From IMG/VR virus record IMGVR_UViG_3300023214_000231, positions 1 to 57,570 of that record: 57,570 nt of DNA; one strand, 5' to 3'. This document shows, in pieces, positions 18,323 to 27,257 of the stretch. The number at the start of each line of letters is the position of its first letter. Position 1 is the stretch's first letter. Source of the stretch: a virus (lineage: Duplodnaviria > Caudoviricetes). The notes beneath the pieces are model-generated. The model was not told the origin of the DNA. It worked only from the letters and a program-made list of their open reading frames with translations, and ran no database searches. The translations under genes and the position numbers were made by a program.

Positions 18323-18763
18323 TCAGGTGCTCACGAACTCATCGTACACGACCCGCGCGGTCACGTTGGTGTTCCACCAGGGCCCATCCTCCCCGATCTC
18401 GTTCGCCGAGACGTCGAGGAACTGGAGCCCACCCAGGGTGGTCTTGCCCTCCAGGGCGTTGCGGATGAGGGGGACCACGCGGTTCTCCTCCTTCATCCCG
18501 TCACCATTGGGCACGAAAACCTGAACCGTCAGCGTCGCCGTCCGCTCGAACCTGGAGGTCCCGAGACCCCCGGTCAGGCTTCGCTTGCCGGACCCCTGGT
18601 GCCGCAGGGTCACGCGGAGCCAGGACTCGACGTCCTCAGATGGCTTTGAAGCGGCCTTGGAGTCGTAGATCACATGCCGGCGGCCGATCGGCACCAGCAG
18701 CGCGGCGTCGCGGACGACCGCCATGCACTGGTCTCGGGCTTCTTCGCGGGTCGCCGGCACCAA
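18323..18763 (-). CDS. Tail terminator-like protein
   Basis: WLRVTLRH, FERTATLTVQVFVPNGDG, EIGEDGPWWNTNV; synteny. Confidence 0.75.
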   Translation of the reverse strand: MVPATREEARDQCMAVVRDAALLVPIGRRHVIYDSKAASKPSEDVESWLRVTLRHQGSGKRSLTGGLGTSRFERTATLTVQVFVPNGDGMKEENRVVPLIRNALEGKTTLGGLQFLDVSANEIGEDGPWWNTNVTARVVYDEFVST

Positions 18764-18764
18764 A

Positions 18765-19139
18765 TCACCGCCTCAACTGAAACCGATACGCGAGCGCCAG
18801 GCCCGTCGGATCGACCACAACGATGTCCTCAACCCGGTAGGTGACCCCACCCTGGATGACCGAGCGGCACTCGCGGAGGTCCTCGCCCGAGGCCGGCGGG
18901 GTAGCCCACCCCTGCTTGTCGGTCCGGCGGATCCGATCCCCGTCGATCTCGTCGTCCTCAAAGGCGGTGATCACAAGATCGATCGTCACGTTCTTGGTCC
19001 CGCCGCAATCGGACCCGCGCCAGTCCTTGCCCTCCGAGAACGGGGACTCGCCCGGCAGAACGGCAGTCGCCGAAGCCCCGAACCGCGTCACCAGCGAGGC
19101 CGCGGTCGAAGCGAGCGAACTGTAGTCGAACCGGGTCAT
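18765..19139 (-). CDS. Head-tail connector (stopper-like)
   Basis: MTRFDYSSLASTAASLVTRFG...EIDGDRIRRTDK...YRFQLRR; ATGA overlap. Confidence 0.75.
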   Translation of the reverse strand: MTRFDYSSLASTAASLVTRFGASATAVLPGESPFSEGKDWRGSDCGGTKNVTIDLVITAFEDDEIDGDRIRRTDKQGWATPPASGEDLRECRSVIQGGVTYRVEDIVVVDPTGLALAYRFQLRR

Positions 19140-19768
19140 CCCCGAAGCACCACGCGGGAGCCGGACGGCTCCACGGTCTCGCGGATCCACAGATCGGCCG
19201 TCGGGTACTCGGGCAGGTAGACGCCGGACACCAGCCCGTCGGACATGGACCTGCGGTCCCGGAGCAAAGCGATAATCTCGGCTTGGCTCATAAACGCCTG
19301 GGCGGTCTTGATCGGGCCCACTTGATCGGATGTGGACTTGATCACACCAGAAGCCTGGGCCGTCCCGGTCACCACCGCGGTTGGATTGGCGATGTCCTGG
19401 GACGCGGCGGCCCTCGGAGCATCGGGCAGCAACTCGCCGAGTATGAACGCCCGAAGGGCGTACTCGGCGCACGCCTTCTGGATCTGGACCGGCACGTCGT
19501 CAAGCTGGAACCCGTCGTCATCAAACGCGCCGATGCGAGGCCACTCCAGACCCTGCTCCTTTTCCTCGCGGGCACCACGAAACACGGACCCGAACCGGCC
19601 GTCGATGTAGTCGGTTGCCCGCACGATCGCCGCCTCGGCCTGGGCGTCTGCAATGTTGGACGATCCCGCGTCTCGCCCACGGTCGGCGTGATGCGAACGG
19701 AAGAACACCAACGAGACATACCCGTTGGCGGCCGCAAGCCCGGTTCCATCTTCGACAATCAGGGCCAC
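19136..19768 (-). CDS. Head-tail adaptor (DnaT-like-annotated family)
   Basis: MALIVEDGTG..ANGYVS, RATDYID, QGLEWPR, VPVQIQKACAEYAL. Confidence 0.85.
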   Translation of the reverse strand: MALIVEDGTGLAAANGYVSLVFFRSHHADRGRDAGSSNIADAQAEAAIVRATDYIDGRFGSVFRGAREEKEQGLEWPRIGAFDDDGFQLDDVPVQIQKACAEYALRAFILGELLPDAPRAAASQDIANPTAVVTGTAQASGVIKSTSDQVGPIKTAQAFMSQAEIIALLRDRRSMSDGLVSGVYLPEYPTADLWIRETVEPSGSRVVLRG

Positions 19769-19779
19769 ACGATCTCCAT

Positions 19780-20055
19780 TCAGGCTTCGGTGACCGTGGT
19801 CACGTCCGCCAAAAGAGCGTCAAGCGCAGCGATGCGCGTAGACCAGTCCAATGTGAGCCGGTTGACAGCCGCGTCGCGGAGGGCGGTGAGGTTGAAGACG
19901 GTGAATTGCTCGCCATTGATTTCGATCTGATTCCCGGTGCCGTTTTTACCGTCCACAAGAATCCCCAACCGCACCGTGCCGGATACGAGATCGATCTGCT
20001 TCTGCAACTTGCGCCGCTCATCAATCCACGCGATTACTTGGTCAGCGGTAGCCAT
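19780..20055 (-). CDS. Hypothetical protein
   Basis: 91-aa ORF with AAGGAG RBS in the structural operon. Confidence 0.65.
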   Translation of the reverse strand: MATADQVIAWIDERRKLQKQIDLVSGTVRLGILVDGKNGTGNQIEINGEQFTVFNLTALRDAAVNRLTLDWSTRIAALDALLADVTTVTEA

Positions 20056-20064
20056 GCGAACTCC

Positions 20065-22206
20065 TTAAACCGGCACCCCAGCGCCGGCGTCATACTCGAT
20101 CACAACCCCATCAACACCGTCACCACCAGCGACGCCGGGGGTCCCGACAGCATTCGGCGGGGATGTGCCGCCGGTCCCACCCGATGCTTCGATGGTACCG
20201 GCGCCAGTCCTTGAGCCGTACACAACCTGAACCCGCCCGCCGCCGCCAGCGCCGCCGCCGCCGCCCGAGCCGCCACCAAAGAAGCCAACGCCCGCGACCC
20301 CGTTGCCGCCATTGCCGCCGTTTGCCGACATCAACCCCTCGTGATCCAAAGTTCGGGCAAACACGAACAGCGTACCGCCGCCCGAGCCACCACCACCGCC
20401 GCCGCCGCCCTCTTGGCCCGACGCGTTCGGGCCCGAGCCACCGCCACCACCGCCGCCGCCGCCCTTGCCGCCGAGATAAAAGCCGATACCGGTGCTATCC
20501 CGCTCCAGCATTGACGTGACGATCTCGCGCTTGACAACTTCCAGCCCGATGCTGTCAGTACGGCCTGTTCCCCCGGAGGCAGTGTTGCCATCGCCGCCCG
20601 TGCCGCCGGTGCCGCCAGCGCCACCAGAAATCACGCCTAGGCCATCCGCGGTCAGGCCGGTAATGCCCGCAGACCCAGCGGTGTCCGACCCAGCGCCACC
20701 CGCGCCGCCCGATCCACCCCCAACCGAACCGCCGCCATCAAAGACAGACCGATTCGACGCAGCGCCACCCGAGCCGCCGGTTGTCATAACCCCATCAGCG
20801 CCGTCTTTTCCATCGGCGTGAAGGCGGCCGCCAGAGTTGATCGTGAGTGTTCCATTGACAAAGACGCGCCAGTTATTCGTTTCGAGCGTCCCGGATCCGG
20901 TGATAGTCAGATCCTCGTAATACATATTGCGTGACAGGGACTGGCTACTCGACACGGTCACGTTACCGTCGGACCCGTCGCCAAAGCCGAACCCGGTATC
21001 GGCCGGAGCCGATGGCGCAGCAGCGAACTCGAGAGCGTTGGCCCCAGCGTTCACCCGCACTATCTGCCCGGCCGTGCCGAGCGATCCCGGGGTGTCAGAG
21101 AGACCCGTGAAGGCCGTCACCAGCGTCGGCAGACCTGAGAGATCGTTGTACGCCCCGGTCGTGGCGACGGTCGCCAGCCCAGACACATCCGCCGCGGGGA
21201 TCGCGGCAACAAATACGAGGTCTGAGCCGGACCCCACAAGATACTCGCCGTCGGCGACCGCCCCGGGGGTATCAGATAGGCCCGTGAACGCGGTGACTAG
21301 GGTCGGAAGCCCGGACAGGTCGGAGTACGCACCTGTTGTCGCCACGGTCGCCAGACCAGATACGTCCGCAGCCGGGATCGCCGAGACGAACACCAAGTCC
21401 GAGCCCGACCCCACAAGGTATTCGCCGTCCACTACAGCGCCAGGGGTGTCAGAGAGACCAGTGAAGGCCGTCACCAGCGTCGGCAGATCCAAGAGGTCCA
21501 CATATGCCCCAGATGTCGCCACGGCAGCGAGGCCACTCACATCGGCCGCAGGGATCGCCGAGACGAACACGAGGTTCGTACCTGATCCCACGAGGTACTC
21601 GCCATCGGCAACAGCAACAGGGGTGTCGGACAGCCCGATGAAGGCCGTGACCAAGGTCGGCAGGCCCGACAGATCCGCGTACGCGCCAGAAGTGGCGACG
21701 GTCGCCAGCCCACTGACGTCGGCCGCGGGGATGGCGGAGACGAACACAAGGTCAGAGCCTGATCCCACGAGGTACTCGCCGTCGGCGACCGCAACAGGGG
21801 TGTCGGTGAGCCCGGCGAAGCTAGATGCCCCGCCGGAAGCGGGATCGACGAACTCCAGCGCCGTACCGTCGGCGTTTATGGCGAGTACCTGCCCCACCGT
21901 GCCCAGGGAGCCCGGCGTATCGCCCAGGTCGAGCACTGAGGTCACCAGGGAAGGCAGTCCCAAGAGATCGCTGTATGCCCCGGTCGTGGCGACGGTGGCG
22001 AGACCCGAAACGTCGGCCGCTGGGATGGCGGCGATGAACTCAAGGGCGGTCCCGCCGGCGTTCGCCCGCAGAAAACCGTCGGCGCTCAGCGCCCCTGGGG
22101 TGTCAGACAGCGCCGTGAACACGCCCGCGCCCGCAGCGCCCTGCGGACCCGGGAAGGACACGACCAACTCGGTCGTCTCGACGGTGACGGTGAGGTTGTC
22201 AGGCAC
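20065..22206 (-). CDS. Repeat-containing fibre protein with Gly-rich C-terminal domain (head or neck fibre candidate)
   Basis: 59-aa repeats containing LSDTP and GLATVATxGAYxDL; C-terminus FGDGSDG...GGGGG glycine-rich domain. Confidence 0.75.
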   Translation of the reverse strand: MPDNLTVTVETTELVVSFPGPQGAAGAGVFTALSDTPGALSADGFLRANAGGTALEFIAAIPAADVSGLATVATTGAYSDLLGLPSLVTSVLDLGDTPGSLGTVGQVLAINADGTALEFVDPASGGASSFAGLTDTPVAVADGEYLVGSGSDLVFVSAIPAADVSGLATVATSGAYADLSGLPTLVTAFIGLSDTPVAVADGEYLVGSGTNLVFVSAIPAADVSGLAAVATSGAYVDLLDLPTLVTAFTGLSDTPGAVVDGEYLVGSGSDLVFVSAIPAADVSGLATVATTGAYSDLSGLPTLVTAFTGLSDTPGAVADGEYLVGSGSDLVFVAAIPAADVSGLATVATTGAYNDLSGLPTLVTAFTGLSDTPGSLGTAGQIVRVNAGANALEFAAAPSAPADTGFGFGDGSDGNVTVSSSQSLSRNMYYEDLTITGSGTLETNNWRVFVNGTLTINSGGRLHADGKDGADGVMTTGGSGGAASNRSVFDGGGSVGGGSGGAGGAGSDTAGSAGITGLTADGLGVISGGAGGTGGTGGDGNTASGGTGRTDSIGLEVVKREIVTSMLERDSTGIGFYLGGKGGGGGGGGGSGPNASGQEGGGGGGGGSGGGTLFVFARTLDHEGLMSANGGNGGNGVAGVGFFGGGSGGGGGAGGGGRVQVVYGSRTGAGTIEASGGTGGTSPPNAVGTPGVAGGDGVDGVVIEYDAGAGVPV
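21088..21819 (-). repeat. Four diverged 177-bp (59-aa) intragenic tandem repeats plus a partial unit
   Basis: Unit FxGLSDTPxAVADGEYLVGSGSDLVFVSAIPAADVSGLATVATxGAYxDLSGLPTLVTA. Confidence 0.9.
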
Positions 22207-22540
22207 CCTGGGTCACCTCATCCACGACCTTGATTTGGCCGCGGAAATGGGTTTTGGGACCCAGACCAGCGTTCGTCTGGATGTCATAGACGTAGTCGCC
22301 GGCGTCTAAGGCCATAATCTTGGCGAACTCGGCGAGGCCAGAGGCGGGTGTGGTGACGGTGATGCCGTCGCCCACCGCGAACTGAAGCGATGGGCTCGCG
22401 GCATCGAAGCTGGTCCGCAGGTCCATGCGGATCGTCCAGCCCGTCAGATCGATCGCATTCCCGGCGGAGTCCTGGAATAGCAGGTTGAACTCGAACAGGT
22501 CGTTGGCGACTACGCAGAAGTTTTTCTCAGCGACGGCCAT
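22199..22540 (-). CDS. Small Ig-like/BppU-N-like structural protein
   Basis: DSAGNAIDLTGWTIRMDLR...GDYVYDIQ...FRGQIKV..EVT pattern. Confidence 0.7.
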   Translation of the reverse strand: MAVAEKNFCVVANDLFEFNLLFQDSAGNAIDLTGWTIRMDLRTSFDAASPSLQFAVGDGITVTTPASGLAEFAKIMALDAGDYVYDIQTNAGLGPKTHFRGQIKVVDEVTQGA

Positions 22541-22567
22541 GCCTGCTCCTTTGGGATGTGGAGCCGG

Positions 22568-22759
22568 TCAGACCGAGCGGCTGCCCAGGTACGGGCCGGT
22601 GTGGGTCGCGGCGAAGGTCGCGGCCGTCGAGCCTTTCTGATCCATCGCGGACTGGCGATTCGCGCCCGTCGCGATTCGCTTGTTGCCTGAGGTGGCCGGA
22701 CGGGACTGCTGGCTCTTCGCCGTCATCTTGGCGGCGGTGCTCTGTGTGGTACCTCGCAT
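22568..22759 (-). CDS. Small basic low-complexity protein (paralogue of 23042-23197)
   Basis: MRGTTQSTAAKMT..., AAGGAG RBS. Confidence 0.7.
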   Translation of the reverse strand: MRGTTQSTAAKMTAKSQQSRPATSGNKRIATGANRQSAMDQKGSTAATFAATHTGPYLGSRSV

Positions 22760-22801
22760 AGCGGGTCTCCTTCATCGAATGGGTCGGGGGAGCGAGCGGG
22801 A

Positions 22802-23038
22802 CTAGCTGACCGAGCCAGCGACGGGCTCGTTGGTGAACAGCGAACCCGTGAAGTTGCCCGGCGTCTCGATGTCGATCACGGTCGCCTGATCCCAGTACGC
22901 AGCGCGGATCCGGGTGTCCAGAGCCTTGGCCGCGGTGCGCGCGCCGGCTTCGTCGGCGGCCTGAACCACAGCGATCTGCACGCCGTCGATGAGTTCCTCG
23001 CCTCTGTCAGAGCCGCCGCGGAGCAGGAAAATAGCCAT
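22802..23038 (-). CDS. Small virion protein (head decoration-like)
   Basis: IDGVQIAVVQAADEAGARTAAKA...WDQATV resembles YuA-like post-capsid proteins. Confidence 0.6.
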   Translation of the reverse strand: MAIFLLRGGSDRGEELIDGVQIAVVQAADEAGARTAAKALDTRIRAAYWDQATVIDIETPGNFTGSLFTNEPVAGSVS

Positions 23039-23041
23039 GAG

Positions 23042-23197
23042 TCACCTTCCTTGCGCGTTCCGCAGAACGGGCACGCGCTGAGGCTGGCTGGATCCGCCGT
23101 ACACGGGGCCGGCCGGCTTCGCCACCTTGGTTGAGCGGCTGACTCGGGTCGAGACCTGGGTCATCTTCGCCGCCGTGGACTTCGTCGTGCCGCGCAT
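23042..23197 (-). CDS. Small basic low-complexity protein (paralogue of 22568-22759)
   Basis: MRGTTKSTAAKMT..., GGAGG RBS. Confidence 0.7.
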   Translation of the reverse strand: MRGTTKSTAAKMTQVSTRVSRSTKVAKPAGPVYGGSSQPQRVPVLRNAQGR

Positions 23198-23254
23198 TGC
23201 GACCTCCAGAGAACAGGATCGATCAGGTCGAGACCTCACACGAGGCAACCACAG

Positions 23255-23902
23255 TCAGCTTCCCGACTGAGCAGAGGCCGCCTCGCGGTTGAAACCGGGA
23301 CAAATCTGGTCAAGATCCTGGCGTGTGACGTTTCCACCGAGGATCTGCGAGACCGCGGACACGGCCGGCTTTCCGTCCTGCGTCCAATGGTCGTCATCGC
23401 CGGGGTCGAGACGGGTCACCGCCTCGGCGACACGCGACCGAGCCTCGTCTGACGGGGTCGCAGGAACCCGGGCGTCCGGGTGTCCGTCCCCAGCGGGAAC
23501 ACCCCCGGAGGCCCCGGCCTCGCCGTCGTCATTTCCGTCGCCGTCATCTGCGGACGGCGCGGCAGCCCCTTGCCCATCCGGCTGAACTCCAGACGGAGCC
23601 GGGTCTGCCGGGTTCGGATCGGAGCCGGGCGCATGATCACGCTTGCCATTGTCGGCCTCCTTGGCCTTCGCCTGAGCGGCCGACTCAACGCGGGCTTCCC
23701 AGGCCGCTTGTGCCACCTTCTCCTGCTCCGACCCGACCACATGAGCATTGTAGCACTTGCCCAGGTACCGACACGCCCCGATGATCGCGGGCTCGGGCCC
23801 GCGAATCTCGCAGACGCCCTCCTTGAACACATGGCCGTTCAATACGCGGGTCTTGCCCTCAAGGGGGCCCACAAGACGGAGCTTGACGGTCAGGTCGGAC
23901 AT
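23255..23902 (-). CDS. Hypothetical post-capsid protein with C-terminal HeH/LEM-like motif
   Basis: LDPGDDDHWTQDGKPAVSAVSQILGGNVTRQDL; GGAG RBS. Confidence 0.7.
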   Translation of the reverse strand: MSDLTVKLRLVGPLEGKTRVLNGHVFKEGVCEIRGPEPAIIGACRYLGKCYNAHVVGSEQEKVAQAAWEARVESAAQAKAKEADNGKRDHAPGSDPNPADPAPSGVQPDGQGAAAPSADDGDGNDDGEAGASGGVPAGDGHPDARVPATPSDEARSRVAEAVTRLDPGDDDHWTQDGKPAVSAVSQILGGNVTRQDLDQICPGFNREAASAQSGS

Positions 23903-23917
23903 ATGCGACTCCAAAGC

Positions 23918-23953
23918 AAAGGTCGCGCGGGGAGCACGAACCCCCCGCGCGAC
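23918..23953 (-). terminator. Stem-loop/terminator after the major capsid gene
   Basis: GTCGCGCGGGG...CCCCGCGCGAC then CTTTGCTTT. Confidence 0.65.
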
Positions 23954-23969
23954 GCGAGCGAGAAACCCG

Positions 23970-24941
23970 TTAGTCCGTGATCCCGCTGGCGCAGGCGAGG
24001 CCCTTCTCGCTGAACAGAGCCAGACCCGAATACCACTTCACGCGCCAGATGTGCTCGTCCGCGGTCTCCGACTCGCCGACATCGACCACGTTCATGCCCG
24101 CCATTTCCTCAGCGGTCAGGCCGGCAATGCCGTGCTGACGCGAGCCGTCGTCCAAGGTGCCGGCAAAGACGGTGGTCGCGGTCGAGGTAGCTCCCTGTGT
24201 CTGGTTGATCGGGATGTAGTCATTCCGGAAGATCGGCGTGCCGCGGTAGGCGGGCACTTCGGTGCCTGAGGGAAGCTCGACCGTATCACCGATGCCGGCA
24301 CCGCCGAGCGCGCGGAGTAGGGCGAAGTACGAACGCACCGTCCGCGCATTCATGGCGAAGTAATCGACATCGCCGTCCTTATCGACCACGAGGTCGAGCA
24401 GGTTGTCGAGCTTGTCGAAGGACAGGGCGTCGCCATCGGTCGCGGTCGCGGCGATCTCCTGACCAGCGGCACAGAGGCTGATCAGACCCGGGAACGTGAA
24501 GTTGCTCCCGTCGCCGTTGATCAGCATGTCCTGATACTTCCGGCCGGCGGACTTCGCCTTGGACGCGATTTGGATCGCGGTCTGGTCGTTGCCGTCCGAA
24601 CTGCGGGTGGCCTGGATCAGGCCATTAACCTCGGCGTCGCCGAGGATCGTGACCAGATTCGAGGTCACCTGGGTGAACGTCGCCGCGTTCTTGGCGGCCT
24701 GCCGCTCGGTCTGGTTCGTACCAGATGCGCTGGAGCCAATGGTGCCGTCAGAGGCGCCAACGCCAGCGGTGGCGACGGCACCAAGCATGTTCTCGCGGTT
24801 GTACGCGAGGGCATTACCGGAGATCCCGTCGAAGGGGAGCACCTCGAACATCTTGTTCACGGTGATGACGTTTTCGATAACGCCCGTGATCAGTTCATTC
24901 TGGGCGAGCTTCGCGGACTCGGCGAGGGTTACGGTGGGCAT
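23970..24941 (-). CDS. Major capsid protein (HK97 fold, YuA-like)
   Basis: MPTVTLAESAKLAQNELITGVIENV, LPFDGISGNALAYNRE, RVKWYSGLALFS. Confidence 0.95.
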   Translation of the reverse strand: MPTVTLAESAKLAQNELITGVIENVITVNKMFEVLPFDGISGNALAYNRENMLGAVATAGVGASDGTIGSSASGTNQTERQAAKNAATFTQVTSNLVTILGDAEVNGLIQATRSSDGNDQTAIQIASKAKSAGRKYQDMLINGDGSNFTFPGLISLCAAGQEIAATATDGDALSFDKLDNLLDLVVDKDGDVDYFAMNARTVRSYFALLRALGGAGIGDTVELPSGTEVPAYRGTPIFRNDYIPINQTQGATSTATTVFAGTLDDGSRQHGIAGLTAEEMAGMNVVDVGESETADEHIWRVKWYSGLALFSEKGLACASGITD

Positions 24942-25043
24942 CGCATGCCTCCATGTGCTAACGGTTAGATCAAAAGATCCGAGCCCGTTGGATCACCCTC
25001 GGAGGCATCGGTTGGCGGAGCGTCACGCACCACCGACGCGCAG

Positions 25044-25073
25044 AGTATACCAGCCGACCCGACGCCGTGTCCA
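25044..25073 (-). promoter_or_regulatory. Sigma70-like promoter upstream of the capsid gene
   Basis: TGGACA-N18-TATACT with an extended -10 (TGG). Confidence 0.55.
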
Positions 25074-25105
25074 GAGCGATGACGAAGGTGGTCGCCGAGG
25101 GGCGA

Positions 25106-25975
25106 TCAGCCGTGGACGCCGGCACCCGCCCGGTCGTGCTGCCCGGTCACCCGATCGAGGCCCGCCTTGCCGGCCAGCCCACGCGAGAGACCGGACTTGA
25201 TCTTGTCCGTCGGGCTCATCTCCTTGCCCTTCGGGACCTGCGGGCTTCGGCGACCGTTGGGATTCGCGCCGCCGCCGTTCGGAGCCTCGCTGGAGAAAAA
25301 CTTCTGAAACTTCTCGGTGGCACGAAGCTCCGCCACCCGCTCCTTGATCGACATCGCCTCGCCGGTCGTGCCAGAGAATCGGGTCTCGCCGTTCTCGTCC
25401 ACGACCGCGACGCTGTACTTGCCGTCCTTCTCGACAGGCTGGAGCGAGGGGCCGACGAACGGCATGAGCAACTCGGGATCCCCGCCGGCCTCCACAATTG
25501 CACGCGTCGCCTGATCCGACACGAGGTGCTTGTGAAGCTGGCCCCGCAGCCCCTCGAGCATCTGGTCCTTGGCCTTGACCTGCTTCTCGTGCTCGGTCAT
25601 GAGGTCGGTCTTCATCCGCTCGATCGTCGCCTGCACTTCGTCGGCCGACTTCTTGCCCTTGCTCGCAGCAAGCTGAGTCTGGAGCTCTTCGAGCTTCGAC
25701 TTGACCGCGCCCGCGATGGTCTCGGGGTCGTCACCGAATTCCGAAAGCGGCGAGAGATCAACGCCATCGGCCTCGCCGGCCTTCTTCAGGTCGGCCCGGG
25801 CGTTGTTCAGAGCCCCATTCATCCGGGTGATCGCGGCGACCGCCGACTGCACGCCAGGGTCATCGCTACGCAGCGAGTACGAACCATCGCCCTCTTCGGT
25901 GTATAGCCCCCGGAAGTCCTGGGGAACCGAGTCGATCGAATCAACGGTTTTATGAGCGGCGAAATCGAACTTCAT
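25106..25975 (-). CDS. Capsid scaffolding protein
   Basis: Coiled-coil; DSIDSVPQDFRGLY N-terminus, MSPTDKIKSGL C-terminus; directly before MCP. Confidence 0.85.
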   Translation of the reverse strand: MKFDFAAHKTVDSIDSVPQDFRGLYTEEGDGSYSLRSDDPGVQSAVAAITRMNGALNNARADLKKAGEADGVDLSPLSEFGDDPETIAGAVKSKLEELQTQLAASKGKKSADEVQATIERMKTDLMTEHEKQVKAKDQMLEGLRGQLHKHLVSDQATRAIVEAGGDPELLMPFVGPSLQPVEKDGKYSVAVVDENGETRFSGTTGEAMSIKERVAELRATEKFQKFFSSEAPNGGGANPNGRRSPQVPKGKEMSPTDKIKSGLSRGLAGKAGLDRVTGQHDRAGAGVHG

Positions 25976-26031
25976 GGCAAACTCCCGGGCGTCACGCCCC
26001 CTCGGGCGCCACGCCCGAGCCAGAGACCAGC

Positions 26032-27255
26032 CTACAGGCCGGCGTCGTCAAACGCACCGGGACGGCTTCGCCGAAGCTCCCGAAGCGTGAACTGGCGGCC
26101 CGAGAAATCGACGAACTGGTCGAGCCGGACATCGCCCCTGCGGAACAGCGTAGCACGCGACTTGCCCAAGACGTCCTGCTGAAACCCGGCGGACTGCCGC
26201 CGAAGCCACTCCTCGTATGTGACATCGGCGGGCACCGAGCCGATGTTCTTGTCCGCCCACTCCTTCCGGACGTCGCGGGTGGGACGCCCAGAGCGACGGG
26301 CCTCGGCCCTGAAATCGACCTCGCGGCGGCCCCTGGTTCGGGTGTCACGGACGGTTGGCCGGGTTCCGACCGCCTCCACGCCGTCGATCACGGCCACCAT
26401 GATCGATCGGCAATTAGGGTGAGCGGGCGGCCGAGCCCCCGAGGGCTCCAGAGCCCTGCCGCCCTCGGGGATCGACCCGCCCTGCGTCGCGGGGGCCAAC
26501 ATGCCGTCCCGCGCGCGGCAGATTGCAGAGGTCCGCCCGTCCAGCGTCGCCGTCCACCGCAGCGCGCTGATGATATCAGAGTTGGCCTCCCAGACGGCAC
26601 CGCGTGCGGCGTTGCTCACGCCGTTGACCGCGGTTCGGACGACGGTCTCGGCATTGCGGCGGGTCACCGAGAGCACTCCATCGGCGAATCGGTTTCGTCG
26701 TGTGCCGGCGACCCGCCGCACGATCTCGTCCAGGGTCTCGCCCTGCGTAAGCCCGAGCCGGATCTGCTGCAACAAACGGCCCTGGTCCGCCTGAGCCAAC
26801 CCCTGGTACCAGTCGCCAAGCAAGCGGCCGTGGAACGGCTGGGTGGTGACGATCGAGGTCAGGGTCGCGGCCTCGACGGTGGCGAGGTTTATAGAGATCG
26901 GCATCGACGCCTGGATCATGCGGGCCTCAAACTCCGCTTCCATCTTGGACAACTGACGGAGAGTCGGCGAAAGCTGCCCGCGCATGAGGGCCACGGCCTC
27001 ACGCCTCGCAGAACGAATGTCATCCCGGAGCGCCCGCCAGCGAGCGGAAGTGAAGTCAATCGGCTGGTTGCGGACCGAGCCGAGCCGGTCGCGGAGCTTC
27101 CGGACGAGGTCGGCGTCGGCCTGTTCTAGCAAGTCGTTGACCCGAGAGACCTCGCCAGAGGCGAACCGGCGGAGTCCCACCTGATGGCGAAGGGCCGCGT
27201 CGAAGAGCCGCTCGTTTGCGGTCGGCGATGAAGTGTCCAGGCGAGGGTCGGCCAC
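26032..27255 (-). CDS. Minor head protein (SPP1 gp7 / Mu gpF family)
   Basis: TVVRTAVN, WTATLDGRTSAICRARDG, PPAHPNCRS, TYEEWLRRQ. Confidence 0.9.
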   Translation of the reverse strand: MADPRLDTSSPTANERLFDAALRHQVGLRRFASGEVSRVNDLLEQADADLVRKLRDRLGSVRNQPIDFTSARWRALRDDIRSARREAVALMRGQLSPTLRQLSKMEAEFEARMIQASMPISINLATVEAATLTSIVTTQPFHGRLLGDWYQGLAQADQGRLLQQIRLGLTQGETLDEIVRRVAGTRRNRFADGVLSVTRRNAETVVRTAVNGVSNAARGAVWEANSDIISALRWTATLDGRTSAICRARDGMLAPATQGGSIPEGGRALEPSGARPPAHPNCRSIMVAVIDGVEAVGTRPTVRDTRTRGRREVDFRAEARRSGRPTRDVRKEWADKNIGSVPADVTYEEWLRRQSAGFQQDVLGKSRATLFRRGDVRLDQFVDFSGRQFTLRELRRSRPGAFDDAGL

Positions 27256-27257
27256 GA

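Noticed and set aside
21088-21819. Diversity-generating retroelement TR/VR pair
   Set aside because: No reverse transcriptase; repeat differences are mostly synonymous and not adenine-specific
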